DNA of 64,000 nt, taken from the IMG/VR virus record IMGVR_UViG_3300023184_000033, positions 99,825 through 163,824 of that record; one strand, written 5' to 3'. Both the position numbers and the translations under genes were made by a program. The DNA is from a virus. The notes under the pieces are model-generated. The model had not been told where the DNA came from, did no database searches, and worked only from the letters and a program-made list of their open reading frames with translations. Of the stretch, positions 62,285 through 64,000 are shown in pieces (positions within the stretch are counted from its first letter, which is position 1; each line of letters starts with the position of its first letter).

Positions 62285-62460
62285 ACGAAATCTCTAAACA
62301 TTTTTTTTCGACCATCGACACCAATTTCTAAATCAAATAATTCCTTTGTACGCTGGAGCATCACGCAGGCCATCATTAAGATTTCTTCTCTGGAATCACA
62401 CATCATAATTTGTTGCTCAATCGGTTCAACCAACTCAGACATTCTCTCAGACACATTCAT
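62281..62460 (-). CDS. 59-aa hypothetical protein (missing from track)
   Basis: RM.ELVEPIEQQIMMCD.REE.LMMAC.ML. Confidence 0.65.
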   Translation of the reverse strand: MNVSERMSELVEPIEQQIMMCDSREEILMMACVMLQRTKELFDLEIGVDGRKKMFRDFV

Positions 62461-62461
62461 T

Positions 62462-62659
62462 TTAAGCCATACTATCTACATTTTGACCAGGTCTATTCAG
62501 ACGCCGGTTCATTTCGATTCTTGCTTCTTCTGTAATCTTTATATTTTGACTGATACGCCGTTCTTCTATTCTAAGTTCTTCGTGCCTTCTGTCTATCTTT
62601 CTAACCTCAGATTGTTGGTAGAATTTTAGATTCTGTGCGGTAACGCTAGATACTGTCAT
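62462..62659 (-). CDS. Hypothetical protein
   Basis: Coiled coil ending GQNVD..A. Confidence 0.65.
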   Translation of the reverse strand: MTVSSVTAQNLKFYQQSEVRKIDRRHEELRIEERRISQNIKITEEARIEMNRRLNRPGQNVDSMA

Positions 62660-62868
62660 TTTTCACCAAAATATTTAAGAATTAGATCCATTGCAGCAAT
62701 CAGTTTGATATTACTTGGCACATCATCTGGATGAACATATGCAGTACCTTCTTTGAAATGCTTTAGTTCTTTCTTTAGAATCTCTCTATGATCCTTCAGA
62801 AGACAGATTGTAATCTTATCAGCTGCTTCATAATCCAACTCTAATTTTAAACCTTTAAGTTTTCCCAT
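62656..62868 (-). CDS. Hypothetical protein
   Basis: GGAG SD before MGKLKG; HPDD. Confidence 0.65.
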   Translation of the reverse strand: MGKLKGLKLELDYEAADKITICLLKDHREILKKELKHFKEGTAYVHPDDVPSNIKLIAAMDLILKYFGEK

Positions 62869-63220
62869 TGCGTTTCTCCACGAATTTCTGATAATCTGCT
62901 TCGTTACCAATTTGGTAACCTTTGTCTGACATATGCTCGGAAGCCTTTAAAAGGCCAAATGTATCTGTGATTTTCTTAGTAAGTTGTTGAGCCATACCTT
63001 TGGCCATACTTTGGTCGTAACTTGTGTATACTACTTTATTATAGTTGCGGATATCACCAATAATGTCCAGTACGTCATTGAGAGCTTGTTCTACCATGAG
63101 GTCAGCATACTTCTGTACTGCTTCTTTGTCGTAAGAGTCCATGTCATCAAAAGAACCTTGGGCAATCAAACCAGATTCATACATCTTATCCTGGATTTGA
63201 CGTTTTCTCCAACCACTCAT
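62855..63220 (-). CDS. Hypothetical protein, possible distant MNERI-family member
   Basis: Start MSGWRKRQI; QKYADLMV and KITDTFGL echo the family's middle and terminal blocks. Confidence 0.6.
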   Translation of the reverse strand: MSGWRKRQIQDKMYESGLIAQGSFDDMDSYDKEAVQKYADLMVEQALNDVLDIIGDIRNYNKVVYTSYDQSMAKGMAQQLTKKITDTFGLLKASEHMSDKGYQIGNEADYQKFVEKRNGKT

Positions 63221-63444
63221 TTCTTCTTCCTCTTGGGTTTCACTTTGTCTTCTAGTTTTATCGCTGCCTGTAATGCTGCCTGTTTCGTTTGTTCTTCTTT
63301 GACCCACTCTAAGTGTTCTTTAATAAGACGGTCATAGGTTTCTTCGTCAACTTCTTGGTCGTTTAAACGATACTTCCAACCACCAGTGTCTAGTATAGCA
63401 GACACGGCTACTGGTTCTTTTACTGTTTTCTTTTTTACGACCAT
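63217..63444 (-). CDS. Hypothetical protein
   Basis: Basic termini; coupled ORF. Confidence 0.6.
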   Translation of the reverse strand: MVVKKKTVKEPVAVSAILDTGGWKYRLNDQEVDEETYDRLIKEHLEWVKEEQTKQAALQAAIKLEDKVKPKRKKK

Positions 63445-63713
63445 GTTCTATGGTCCTCTGCTACATGTTCAATGCCATCATACTCATGGATGTGCCACTT
63501 AACACCATCAGGAATTTCTACTACTTTGAGTTTAGCGTATTCACCATCGACATTGCCACCCTCAACCATAGAAACCAGAACGGGACAGTCACGTGCCAAA
63601 TCCCAATAGTACCAGTGTGTGTCAGTAATACCCATACGTTTCTTGTACTCTGCTTCGGCTTCTTCAGAAAGACCGAAGCCACCGAAACATGTATTAATCA
63701 CAATCTTAATCAT
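63435..63713 (-). CDS. Conserved hypothetical phage protein
   Basis: KIVINTCFGGFGLS, R.CP.LV, LKVVEIP....W.I.EYDG.E.V.E.HR.W. Confidence 0.8.
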   Translation of the reverse strand: MIKIVINTCFGGFGLSEEAEAEYKKRMGITDTHWYYWDLARDCPVLVSMVEGGNVDGEYAKLKVVEIPDGVKWHIHEYDGIEHVAEDHRTWS

Positions 63714-64000
63714 TTTTACTCCTAAAACTCAACGAAAAAATCATAGCCAACAGGTATGTCCACATAGACCAATTATACACCACTATAAGATAGGAGGCAC
63801 CAGCCACAATGGTAATATTGTAAACCAGTATCATAAAAACAACAAAATTATTACTCATACAAATCCTATATATTTTAGAATACCAACGTGCTTCATATTG
63901 GGCTTAAGTTTTCTTTTCCCATCTGATACCAAGAAGATTCAGTAACCACCTGCGGTAGAATGGTGGTTCTTCTTTTGTCCTAAAAACCGTTGTCTCGGTA

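Noticed and set aside
1-64000. Stop-codon reassignment, introns or homing endonucleases
   Set aside because: Core genes are full-length in the standard code, and no HNH, GIY-YIG or LAGLIDADG ORF or interrupted conserved gene was seen, apart from the gp5 split.

Overview
64 kb of a large, AT-rich T4-like (Tevenvirinae/cyanomyovirus-type) myophage genome, most likely infecting an aquatic proteobacterium; the tmRNA tag ANDSRFLMAA resembles betaproteobacterial tags. 1-26.3 kb (minus strand) is a late tail/baseplate module: tail fibre with S74 chaperone, a 2616-aa VrlC/DUF4815-like protein, gp8, gp7, gp6, gp25, a fragmented gp5, hub, gp53 and gp48. 26.3-33.3 kb (plus strand) holds gp4, gp2, gp54/gp19-like, gp26, gp51 and two tape-measure-like proteins. 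33.3-47 kb (minus) holds gp32, gp59, gp33, a SleB hydrolase, a tmRNA gene, nucleases, a cassette of tail-fibre tip genes, PhoH, DenV-like, GalE-like and other accessory genes. 47-64 kb (minus) is an early region of small ORFs with sigma70-type promoters. Most notable: (1) a circularly permuted two-piece tmRNA whose excised intervening segment carries a 52-codon ORF with its own ribosome-binding site; (2) a family of at least 7 small paralogues (MNERI...KFAELIVxEC...HFGVEE) with three DNA-conserved anchor blocks, two hypervariable loops and a 3' end that supplies the SD and start codon of an unrelated downstream gene; (3) a probable -1 frameshift joining gp26 to gp51; (4) three stand-alone tail-fibre tip domains plus a Tfa chaperone; (5) a non-coding control region with two IHF-consensus sites, and recurring palindromic operators beside early promoters. 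All product calls come from motif recognition and synteny; no database searches were run.
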